Positions 15,251 to 35,003 of a DNA stretch of 64,000 bases are shown here, piece by piece. Below the pieces are notes generated by a model. It did not search any database and was not told the origin of the DNA. It saw nothing but the letters and a program-made list of their open reading frames with translations. Within the stretch, counting starts at the first letter, position 1. Each line of letters opens with the position of its first letter. The translations under genes and the position numbers were made by a program. This DNA comes from the human T2T-CHM13v2.0 reference genome, Homo sapiens: assembly GCF_009914755.1 (NCBI RefSeq), contig NC_060929.1; one strand, written 5' to 3'.

Positions 15251-16100
15251 CCCTGCCCTGCTCTCCTTGAGGGCCCTCAACACTATCTTCCCTGGACACA
15301 AGTCTGGGGACAGCCGGGTGTTGAGGACCCCAAAGGGGTGACTACCTGCTCCTGGGCCCCACAGAGTCCTTGTGCTCAGTGTAGTGGCTGAGCTGGGGGA
15401 TGCCCTGGAATTCGGAGCACACAGCACTGGCTTACTGTGGTACCTGTGCAGTGAAATTGGAGACAGAATCACCAGGATGGAACACAGGTCTTGCAGGATC
15501 ACGGAAAACCTTCTTAGAGTTGTCTTGACACCACTGATGTTGAGTGTCCGGGTGTTTGTAGGATGGCCTGCCACTCAGTCCAGGGGCAGGAGCAACGGGG
15601 AGATCCCACAAGCAAAGTGAACTGGGCGATGGGCTGAAGGGGCTCTAGGCAACTGAGCCCTACTCGCAGGTCCTCGGCCTTGGCCCAAACAGGAATGAGG
15701 GGCACAGAGTGCCCGGGTAACCGCTCCTGGGAGCAGTGGGGAACTGTCGGATACTTGAACTCTCGAGAGCTGGGCTCTGAGCGTCCTCGTCCAGCTGCCA
15801 ACTTGGCCAAAGGCTAAGCCAGCAGATTGTTCTGTTGCCGGGCGACGCGACTTCTAAACCTGAGGGAGTGGGCATGTGAGCACATAATGGCACCAGTGAC
15901 AGAGCGACCATAATGGATTAATAAGCGCAGCCAGGTACCCGCGCAAGGCACTTGCTGGCAATGGCAGGAGGCGGACGTGGGGGGGGTCGTGCAATAGGTA
16001 CTGGAGGGAGAGACGTGGGCACAAAGGTCGCGGGAGGAACAGGTGCCCACAATGGCTGCAGATCTGCCCGTGGATCACTGAAGATTCCTGCTCTCCTGCT

Positions 16101-16351
16101 GAGGTGGAGACTGCAGTGAGCTGAGATCGCACCATTGCACTCCAGCCTGGGCAACGAGTGCAAAACTCAGTCTCCAGATAAAAAAAAGAAAAAGAAAAAA
16201 AAGAGGCCGGGTGTGGTGGCTTATGCCTATAATCCTAGCACTTTGGGAGGTCGGGGTGGACGGATCACGAGATCAGGAGTTGGAGGCCAGCCTGGCCAAC
16301 ATAGTGAAACCCCGTCTCTAGTAAAAATACAAAATTTAGTCAGACATGGTG
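16101..16351 (+). mobile_element. Alu 3' fragment with A-tail followed by an Alu left arm fused to the THE1 LTR
   Basis: gaggtggagactgcagtgagctgagatcgc...; ggccgggtgtggtggc...aaaatacaaaatttagtcagacatggtgg. Confidence 0.85.
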
Positions 16352-18460
16352 GGCAGGAGAGAGCATGTGCAGGGGAACATCCATTTATAAAACCATCAGA
16401 CCTCATGAGACTTATTCACTACCATGAGAACAGCATGGGGGAAACTGCCTCCATGATTCAGTTATCTCCACCTGGCCCCACCCTTGACACATGGGAATTG
16501 TTACAATTCAAGATGAGATTTGGGTGGGGACAGAGCCAAACCATATAATTCTTCCCCGGCCCCTCCCAAATCTCATGTCCTCATATTTCAAAAGCAATCG
16601 TGCCTTCCCCTAAGTCCCCCAAACTCTTATTTCAGCATTAACTCAAAATTCCATAGTCCAAAGTCTCATCTGAGACAAGGCAAGTCCCTTCCACCTGTGA
16701 GCCTGTAAAACCAAAAGCAAGTTAGTTATTTTCTAGATACACAGGGATACAGGCATTGGGTAAATACACCCGTTTCAAACGGGAGAAATTGGCCAAAGCG
16801 AAAGAGCTACAGGCCCCATGCAAGTCCAAAACCCAGCAGGCAAATCTTAGAGCTCCAAAATGACCTCCTTTGACTCCATGTGTCACATCTAGGTGATGCA
16901 AGAAGTGGGTTCCCAGGGTCTTGGGCAGCCCCGCCCCTGTGGCTTTGCAGGGTACAGCCCCCCCTTCTGGCTGCATTGAGTGTCTGCAGCTTTTCCAGGC
17001 ACACAGTGCAAGCTGTCAGTGGATCTACCATTCTGGGGTCTGGAGGATGGTGGCCCTTTTGTGACAGCTCTGCTTGGCAGTACCCCAGTGGGGACTCTGT
17101 GTGGGGGCTCCAACCCCATATTTCCCTTTGACACTGCCCTAGCAGAGGTTATCCATGAGGGCCCCCCGCTGCCCCGCACAGCAAACTTTTGCCTGGATTT
17201 CCAGGCATTTTCATACATCTTCTGAAATCTAGGCGGAGGTTCATGAACGTTAATTCTTGACTTCGGTGCATCTGCAGGCTTAACACCACCTAGAACCTGA
17301 AAGGCTTGGAACTTGCACCCTCTGAAGCCATGGCCTGAGGTGTACCTTGGCCCCTTTTACCTATGGCAGGAGCAGCTGGGATGCAGGGCACCAGGTTCCT
17401 AGGCTGCACACAGCAGGGGGTTCTGGACTCACAAGAGCATTTTTCCTTCTAAGCCTCCTGGCCTGTGATGGGAGGGTCTGCTGTGAGGGTCTCTAACATG
17501 CCCTGGAGACATTTGCCCCATTGTCTTGGTGATTAACATTTGGCTCCTCATTACTTATGCAAATTTCTACAACCCAGTCTCCTGAGAAAATAGATTTTTC
17601 TTTTCTGTTGCATCATCAGGCTACAAATTTTCTGAACTTTTATGCTCTGCTTCTTCTCGAATGCTTTGCTGCTTAGAAATTTCTTCTGTCAGATACCTTA
17701 AATCATCTCTCTCAAGTTCAAAGTTCCACAGATCTCTAGGGAACTCTAGAAAAAAATTCTTATTTTCACTCTTTCCCGCCTATCTTATGCCCGTTTCTAA
17801 CACAGGTGCACAGTGCCTGCAGTGTCTTTGCATAGTAAGAGTGACTTTACTCCATTTCCCAACAAATTCCTCATCTCCCTCTGAGACCACCTCCGCCTGG
17901 ACCTTATTGTCCATATCACTATTAACATTTTGGTCAAAGCCATTCAACAAGTCTCTAGGAAGTTCCAAACTTTCCCACATTTTCCTATCCTCTTCTGAGC
18001 CTTCCAAACTGTTCCAGCCTCTCCCTGTTACCCATTTCCAAAGTTGCTTCCACATGTTCGGGTATCTTTACAGCAGCACCCCACTCTACTGGTATCAACT
18101 TATTGTATTAGTCTGTTCTCACACTGCAAATAAAGACATACCTGAGACTGGGTAATTTATAAAGGAAAGAGGTTGAATTGACTCACAGTTCTGCATGGCT
18201 GGGGAGGCCTCACAATCATGGTGGAAGGCAAGGAGGTGCAAAAGCATGTCTCACATAGTGGCAGGCAGGAGAGAGCATGTGCAGGGGAGCTCCCATTTAT
18301 AAAACCATCAGATCTCATGAGACTTAGTCACTACCACGAGAACAGTATGGGGGGAACCATCCCCATGATTCAGTTATCTGCACCTGGCCCCACCCTTGAC
18401 ACGTGGGAATTATTACAATGCAAGGTGAGATTTAGGTGGGGACCCATCCAAACTATGTCA
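16352..18460 (-). mobile_element. THE1-family MaLR retroelement: 5' LTR 18104-18460, internal region ~16549-18103, truncated 3' LTR 16352-16548
   Basis: Reverse complement of THE1 LTR (tgtattagtc...cctgagactgggtaatttataaag...aaaccatcaga); internal start ccagtagagtggggtgctg and purine-rich tract before the second LTR. Subfamily not resolved. Confidence 0.9.
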
Positions 18461-19584
18461 GTATGTTTTGACTTCTGGCTTGATTGCTAGGTTGCATGGA
18501 GGACAAACATGGAAATTAATGAAGTACCTTAATATCTGGCTTCAGATCTTAGACAGGATCAGAGGGCCAGCTCAAATTTGCAAGGAGGGGAGGTAGATCC
18601 CACCATTTTATGGGTGAATGGCAAAATCAAGCAGAAATTATGTGGGACGGGAGATACTGATGCAGGCATCTTTGGAAACATTCTACTTAGCTAATTTTAT
18701 GCTAGGCTTTAGGTCAAGAAGGAGAGAGAGAGCTGACATGCTGTGGTACACACTTATAGTCCCAGCGACTTGGAAAGCTGAGGCAGGAGGATTGCTTGAT
18801 CCCAGGAGTTTGAGGTAGTGTGCGATGATCGTTCTTGTGAATAGCCACTAGCCACTGAACTCCAGCTTGGGCAACATTGAGACACCCTGTCTCTTAATTT
18901 AAAAAAAAAAAAAAAAAAAGGAGGAAAGAAAGTGGTCTCAGTTTTTAATGTAAATATTTTTAATGGGATAATGATATTTTAAGATTAATGTATATTGTAT
19001 ATCAGTTAACTATAGGTCAATAATTATATAAAACTTAAGGTACGAAAAACATTTATTTTTGCTAACATATCCGTGAGTTGACTGTTCTTGGCTTGGTGAG
19101 GCTGCAAGCTGCAGATAGAGTCTAGGTATGATTTCTGTGTGTTTGTTCCCCCTTGGATCAGTGGACTACCTGAGAATGTGTTTTTGTCACAGTGATAGAA
19201 TCACAAGGAAACTCCAGTTCTGGAAGTACATTTTAAGCCATTGCTTCTATCATGTCCACTAACATTCAGTCAGCCAAAGCACATACCTTGTCCATGGCTA
19301 ACATTGATAGTATAGATAAATATACCTGATCTCTAGCAGGAGGAACTGCATTGTCTTGGGGAAAGGTTTTAGATATAGGGAGGGGTGATGAGTTGGGAAC
19401 AATAATGTAGTCTGCCACAAACATATTAAAGTGTAACTGGATATGGTTGCTGCAGAATTTTGAACCTTTGTTTTAATTGTGATTTTTACTCTTTTCCCCC
19501 TATCTAGTGCCCTTTCGTAATACAGTAATTCTCATGATTTTTGTCTGAATTGAAATCTTCTGAGATTAGATTGTCTACGAAAAT

Positions 19585-20520
<936 letters not shown>

Positions 20521-20724
20521 TAATATTTTTAGGTGCTGTAGATGAGCCATTGGATTAAATTATTACAGTATGTTTCAGACTGCTCTATGTTGAACCCTAG
20601 TGAAATGCCTCTCAAACCCTCCTAAGGATCACAATCTCATGTCCTTTTTTTTGTTATTAAATGCCCAGTATGTGTTAGCGATTTAAACAAAATTCAAATA
20701 TTTTTTTTTTTTTTTTTTTTTTGA

Positions 20725-21015
<291 letters not shown>

Positions 21016-21845
21016 TAATAATAACCATTCTGACTGGTGTGAGATGGTATGCCATTGTGGTTTTGATTTGCATTTCTCTAATGATCAGTGATATTGGGCT
21101 TTTTTTCATATGCTTGTTGGCCGCATGTGTGTCTTCTTTTGAAGTGTCTGTTTATGTCCTTTGCCCACTTTCTAATGAGATTTTTTTTTTCTTGTAAATT
21201 TGTTTAAGTTCCTTATCAGTGTTGGACATTAGATCTTTGTCACATGCATTGTTGCAACAATTTTCTCCTATTCTGTAGGTTGTCTGTTCACTCTGTTGAT
21301 AGTTTCTTCTGCTGTGCAGAAGCTTCAAGAAGAAAGGAATCCGATTGGTTCTGTGTCTGTCTCTTTTGGTATTCTCAGACTTATGTAGTCATCCATATAG
21401 AAAGGTGATTAGGAAAATAGGACAAGAATAGCAGAAATCTACATAAAAATGTAGGAAATTAAAATTAGTTACCAGCATACAAAAAACTACTATATGTTAT
21501 AATTACATACTATAACTCACCCCTCCTTGCCAAATATTCTCTCTCTTTTGACTTCAAAATCATGGCTTATATGTACTTTCTCTATTTCCCAGATGCAAAT
21601 ATAATTAATTGACTTTATTTATCTAGGAAATATTACTGATATCTTAATTGTAGTCATTGGCTTGAGTGACGGGTTTTGGTAATTCAACTACTATTACTTG
21701 AAAGTAGTAGATTTCATAAGATACTGTTATAAAATCTTTTTAACCTCTTTTCTGATTTCAGGAGTAATTAGTAATTGTGGTTTACTGGAAAATTCAATGA
21801 ATAGCGTGTTAAAGGAAGCAATTCGTTAATAATATATCTAATCTA

Positions 21846-22112
<267 letters not shown>

Positions 22113-22912
22113 TTAAATTAAAAAAAAGCGGGCCGGGCGCATTGGTTCAGGGCCGGGCACGGTGGCTCAAGCCTGTAATCCCAGCACTTTGGGAGGCCGA
22201 GGCAGGCGGATCACGAGGTCAGGAGATCAAGACCATCCTGGCTAATGTGGTGAAACCCGGTCTCTACTAACAATACAAAAATTAGCTGGATGTGGTGGCA
22301 GGTGCCTGTAATCCCAGCTATTCCAGAGGCTGAGGCAGGAGAATCACTTGAACCTGGGAGGCAGAGGTTTCAGTGAGTCCAGATCATGCCACTGCACTCC
22401 AGCCTGGGTGACAGAGCGAGATTCTATCTCAAAAAAAAAAAAAAAAAAAAAAAAAAGCAACAGAAGCAAATGAGAGTGCCTGGGAGTGGTCATTGTGGGG
22501 CATTCCTGTTTGTGTGACCCAGGTCATGTCCCTCCCTAAGCCCTGGTCTCTCTTGCCTCCTGCAGGGCTGGTGAATTACCAGATCTCCGTCAAGTGCAGT
22601 AACCAGTTCAAGTTGGAAGTGTGTCTTTTGAAATCAGAAAACAAAGTCGTGGACAACCAGGCTGGGACCCAGGGCCAGCTGAAGGTGCTGGGTGCCAACC
22701 TCTGGTGGCCGTACCTGATGCACGAACACCCCGCCTACCTGTACTCGTGGGAGGTAATGGTGGTTTGGGACTTGCTTAAGGGAGGTCTTTTGCTCCCATC
22801 TGGTAGCCCTGGCTTCAGCAGGAGCCCAGGACAGGTGAACGGGCAGGTGTGGTCCTCTGAGCTTTTCTGAGCTTTCTGATGTTTCCCACCCTTGGTGGGA
22901 GGCCCAGATTTT

Positions 22913-22955
<43 letters not shown>

Positions 22956-23182
22956 TTTGTGATGGTCTCACTGTGTCACCCAGGCTGGAACGCAATGGCC
23001 TGATCACAGCTCACTGCAGCTTTGAGCTGCAATCCTCCTCCCTTGGCCTCCTGAGTAGCTGGGACTACAGGCACATGCCACCATGCCTGGCTAATTAAAA
23101 ACATTTTTTTTGTAGGCCGGGCATGGTGGCTCACGCCTGTAATCCCAGCACTTCGGGAGGCTGACGCGGGCGGATCACTTTA

Positions 23183-23428
<246 letters not shown>

Positions 23429-24777
23429 TTACTAGGTTGCCCAGGCTGGTCTTGAACTCCTGGACTCAGGTGATCCTCCTGCCTTAGCGTCCCAAAGTGT
23501 AGGGATTCCAGGCATGAGCCACCTCGTCTGGTCAAGGAGAAGGCCTGATTTTGAAGGGCAGGTCCCAGGGCCAGCCAGTGAAGGGCAGAGCCTCTGATTG
23601 CTGCTTCTCTGCAGGCCCAGAGGCGACTTCTGGGGTGCATGCACGAGGGGTCTTCCTGCTGTAGGGCAGGCCAGATGGGGCTCAGGCTGTCGGGGCGCTC
23701 ACACCTGGCGCTTTGGCTGTCATAGGTGCGGCTGACTGCACAGAAGTCACTGGGGCCTTTGACTTCTACACACTCCCTGTGGGGCTCCGCACTGTGCCCG
23801 TCACCGAGAGCCAGTGGGTGAGAGCCAGTTTCATTTGTGGTAGAGGCAGCAGAGGTTGTAGAAATGCTCCTTGAGGCAGATGCCACACCCCAGTTTCATG
23901 GAGTGATTTGGGCTGAGCCGAGTCTGCAGCAGGCAGAAGGCTCTGAGATGTTGTCCTAGCCTGGGCAGAGGACAATTCAGAGCTCGGGGGAATAGGGGTG
24001 TGCTCAGCACGACTGGGTGGACAGGCCCTTTGTTGTGAATCGTACAGGCTTCCAGGAGCGGGTGCCTGAGGCTTCCAGACAGGCTTTGGGAGGTGGCCAG
24101 AGGAGATGCCTGTTTCCGGGGCAGGAAATGGAGGGAGCGCCCAGGCTGGAGAGGTTCAGCCAGGCTGTCACAAGGCTTTGAAGCTTCCCATCTGAGAGCC
24201 TGGCTATTGGAGAGTGTGGGTTTGGAACTTGAGGCTAGGAGGTTCTGTTCTGTCCTGTGCCAGCCACAGCCTTCGGATGGGCAGAGCAATGATGGGGGGA
24301 AGATGTAAAAGAAAAGAACTGAGGAAAGAAGAAGAAAACCAGCTTCAACAACAGTCTAGGCCGGATGCGGTGGGTCACGCCTGTAATCCCAGCAGTTTGG
24401 GAGGCTGAGGTGGGTGGATCACCTGAGGTCAGGAGTTCGAGACCAGCCTGGTCAACAGGTAGTGAATCCTGTCTCTACTAAAAATACAAAAATTAGCTGG
24501 GCATGGTGGTGGACGTCTGTAATCCCAGCTACTAGGTAGGCTGAGGCAGGAGAACCGCCTCAGGTGAACCAGGAGGCAGAGATTGCAGTGAGCTGAGATA
24601 ATGCCACTGCATTCCAGCCTGGGCTACAGAATGAGACTCTGTATCTCAAAAAAACAAAACAAAACAAAAACACAACAGTCTGTTCTGTGGAGGCCTTGGG
24701 CAGATGCTGGGAGCTCTGAGCACAGACTGGTCCCTCTGTTGGGAGCCTCTTCCCTTCATCCCTCCTGGTTAACTTGA

Positions 24778-25302
<525 letters not shown>

Positions 25303-25866
25303 TGAGCTCGTGATCCACCTGCCCTGGCCTCCCAAAGTGCTCACAGGCTTGAGCCACCATGCCCGGCCCTAATTTTTAAATTTGTTGTAGAAACAAGGTC
25401 TTGCTATGTTGCCCAGGCTGGTCTCAAGCACCTGGTCTCAAGTAAGCCTCCCAAAGTGCTGGGGTTCTAGGCGTGAGCCACCTCGCCTGGCGCTTGCACC
25501 GTTTTTCTGTGCATGCATCTCCACTCCCACTGCCCAGGACCTGTGGACTTAGATTTGAGTCATTACTGAGCACCTAGCACCCAGCCTCATGCCTGCCTCC
25601 CACCTCGCACTACCTGTTTGCTTGATGCATTAATAAATATTCCACCTGAATCCACAGCCCATTCACTCCTGTGTTCAAGGGCTATTTCAGGAAGTGAACC
25701 TCATTTTTGGCAGTGTTCAGTCCAGTGACCTCAGCTCTGTGTACCTGGCAGGGTGGCTACGCCTCTGGGGGAATTGGATTCAGGGGTGGGGGAGAAAGAG
25801 TGTTGTTAGAGAGCTTGGTCTAGGACTAGAGGAACGTGCCCTTATGTAAAATACATCTCAAGTTAG

Positions 25867-26103
<237 letters not shown>

Positions 26104-26540
26104 TAAGCCTGGCTAATTTTTGTATATTTAGTAGAAATGGGGTTTTGCCATGTTGGCCAGGCTGTTCTTGAACTCCTGACCTCAGTGATCTGCCTGCCTC
26201 AGCCTCCTGAAGTGCTGGGATTACAGATGTGAGCCATCATGCCTGGCCCCCAGTTGTGTTCTGGCAGGGGAAGATGGGACAGAGAGGATGGGAGGGTGTC
26301 TGAGCCTTTCCCGGACTGACGGAACCTGTGTCTTCTCTCTTTTGTGGACAGGATGGTGATTGCTCACACCAAAGCCTTGGACCCCTCCCAGCCTGTGACC
26401 TTTGTGACCAACTCCACCTACGCAGCAGACAAGGGGGTGAGCCTGGGGGTCCCCACCCCATTTCTCCCTGCCTTTGCCTGGGCTTGTCCTGAAGCCTGCT
26501 CATGGGAACAGCTGGAAAGAACCATGTGCTGCCAGTCTGA

Positions 26541-26720
<180 letters not shown>

Positions 26721-27259
26721 TAATGACAATTCTCTCTCTGCTTACTCTCTAGGCAGTGTGGCTTTCTGAATTTAAGGAGGCTGGGCATAGGGAGATGGGA
26801 TTTGTTTGCCCAGTTTGGACTCAGCATTTTTTGTACTCGATTTAATAGACTCATAAAATGTCAAAGGTTTAAGTGAGCTTAGAGTTCATCTGGCCCAAAC
26901 CTGGCTGATCAGAATCTCCAGGGGAAGTTTTATTGAAATGCCAGATCTCTGCATTCTGAGATCCTGATTTAGTAACTCCAGGGTTGGAACCTGAGTTTTT
27001 TTTTTTTTTTTTGTGAAGGCAAGGTCTTACTCTGTTGCTCTGGCTGGAGTGCAGTGGTGTGATCACAGCTCACTGCAGCCTTGAATTCCTGGGCCTAAGC
27101 AACCCTCTTGCCTCAGCCTTCCAAGTAGCTGGGACTCCGGGTGTACACCACTGTGCCCGGCTAATTTTAAATGTTTTTGTAGAGATGGGATCTCACTATG
27201 TTGCCCAGGCCAGTCTCAAACTCTTGAGCTCAAGTGATCCTCCTGCCTTAGCCTCCTAA

Positions 27260-27588
<329 letters not shown>

Positions 27589-27859
27589 TGACTGCATTGG
27601 CCCCTTGGGTGGGAGGGCTTCTCCAGGGCAAGGTGAGGGGATGCCCAGTGCTGGGAGTGCTGCCTGGAGAGGAGTCAGTTCCAGTGGCGGGGGCCCTGGG
27701 TTTTGGCTGAGGACTGCGTGTTGGCAGCTGCTCTGCCTCTCACAGCCCTTCCCAGCTGCACACGTCGTGAGCGTCAGTGTGCAATCACAGGCCTGCCTCC
27801 TTTGGGCCACTTTGTGACCATGTTTTTTGCTTGTGGGGCAGGGTAATTTCAGGATCTAA

Positions 27860-28207
<348 letters not shown>

Positions 28208-28709
28208 TGAGTACTGAGTCATGCGGTCTTGTGGTTGCTGAACGGGCTCTGCTGCTCTGGTCCTAGGCTCTGTATGTGGATGTGATCCGTGTGAACAGCT
28301 ACTACTCTTGGTATCGCAACTACGGGCACCTGGAGTTGATTCAGCTGCAGCTGGCCGCCCAGTTTGAGAACTGGTGTAAGACATCACAATCCCATTATTC
28401 AGAGCGAGTATGGAGTGGAAACGCTTGTAGGGTTTCACCAGGTAAGCGGTGTTGAACTTTCTGCTTGTGTATTCTCTCTGGGCAGAGATGCCAACTTGCC
28501 TCTCCCACCCTGCCCTGCGCCCACTGCAGTGCTCCCCTTGCTTCAGCTTTGGGCTCACCTCCCGCTACCCTGTCCACGTTCCCTTCTCACCAGCAGCCAG
28601 GCCTCTGTCCCACTCGCTTGGTCCTCAAAGGTGGACTCCTTACTGGCCTTGTTTCCAGACAGCCTCCTATCACCCGTTCCCAAGTGGTCTTTCTAACAAA
28701 TCCAAATTT

Positions 28710-32280
<3,571 letters not shown>

Positions 32281-32458
32281 AAAGACATATTTTTCCTTTT
32301 AGTGTAGTTCAGCTTTAAGACTGTATCAGCAGATAGAGACGGAAAAGTAATAAAAATTGAGTATCAGGTTATATTTATAAATAAAGCAGTTACTAATTGA
32401 TGTTTTTTTTTTAAACCTCCTTTTTAATTCTGGGTTACATCATTCCCTGGCTGTCTTT

Positions 32459-32776
32459 TTTTTTTGTTGTTGTTGTTGTTTTTATTATTATACTTTAAGT
32501 TTTAGGGTACATGTGCACATTGTGCAGGTTAGTTACATACATATACATGTGCCATGCTGGTGTGCTGCACCTACTAACTCGTCATCTAGCATTAGGTATA
32601 TCTCCCAATGCTATCCCTCCCCCCTCCCCCCACCCCACAACAGTCCCCAGAGTGTGATATTCCCCTTCCTGTGTCCATGTGATCTCATTGTTCAATTCCC
32701 ACCTATGAGTGAGAATATGCGGTGTTTGGTTTTTTGTTCTTGCGATAGTTTACTGAGAATGATGATTTCCAATTTC
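32459..32776 (-). mobile_element. 5'-truncated young L1 (L1PA2-like) 3'UTR, ~318 bp, with perfect 15-bp TSD
   Basis: TSD tccctggctgtcttt at 32444-32458 and 32777-32791; gtgcacattgtgcaggttagttac, gtgatattcccc, gagaatatgcgg; taactcgtc indicates GAG, i.e. non-Ta. Confidence 0.9.
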
Positions 32777-32928
32777 TCCCTGGCTGTCTTTACCCTAGCA
32801 TCAGTGAGTCCTGCAGTCACTACAGCCCCCAGTGAGGACAGATATTTTGGTCACCATCAAGTGGATCTTTATTTTTACCTAACATTTACAATTCTGCCAG
32901 TTCTTACTCTTAATTCTCTTTGCCTTGA

Positions 32929-33186
<258 letters not shown>

Positions 33187-33539
33187 TAATCCATGTAGAT
33201 TGTGTTGAGAATTTCCTAGGAAAAGTAAGTTGTGCTTAGGAAGTAGGAAAGCAGTCAGGCCCCCGCTTCCCACATACGGTCAAAAAGCAAACATGAGAGT
33301 CTGCTATAGTGAGATGGAAATGGCTAGCTTGCCTTTTTCTTGTCTATTTCATAGCCAAGGATGAAGGAAAAACTGGACCTCATTATGGATTTACTTTTGG
33401 GATACACTCATTATTCCAGAGGAGGGTAAAAGGCTGAGAAGCTTAAGGTATTTCAGTCTGTTTTATGTTACTCATTTGCGAAAAGTAGGCTCATCGAATA
33501 CAGGTGAGTGTCAATGCGTCTTGAATATGGCAGCATTTA

Positions 33540-35003
<1,464 letters not shown>

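Noticed and set aside
15251-15574. 108-aa N-terminal extension of the 1272-aa ORF in the track
   Set aside because: It starts at GTG immediately after a TGA; in a mammalian context the first ATG (15250) is the supportable start.
16722-18490. ORFs such as WKQLWKWVTGRGWNSLEGSEEDRKMWESLELPRD
   Set aside because: Degenerate THE1 internal/LTR reading-frame remnants.
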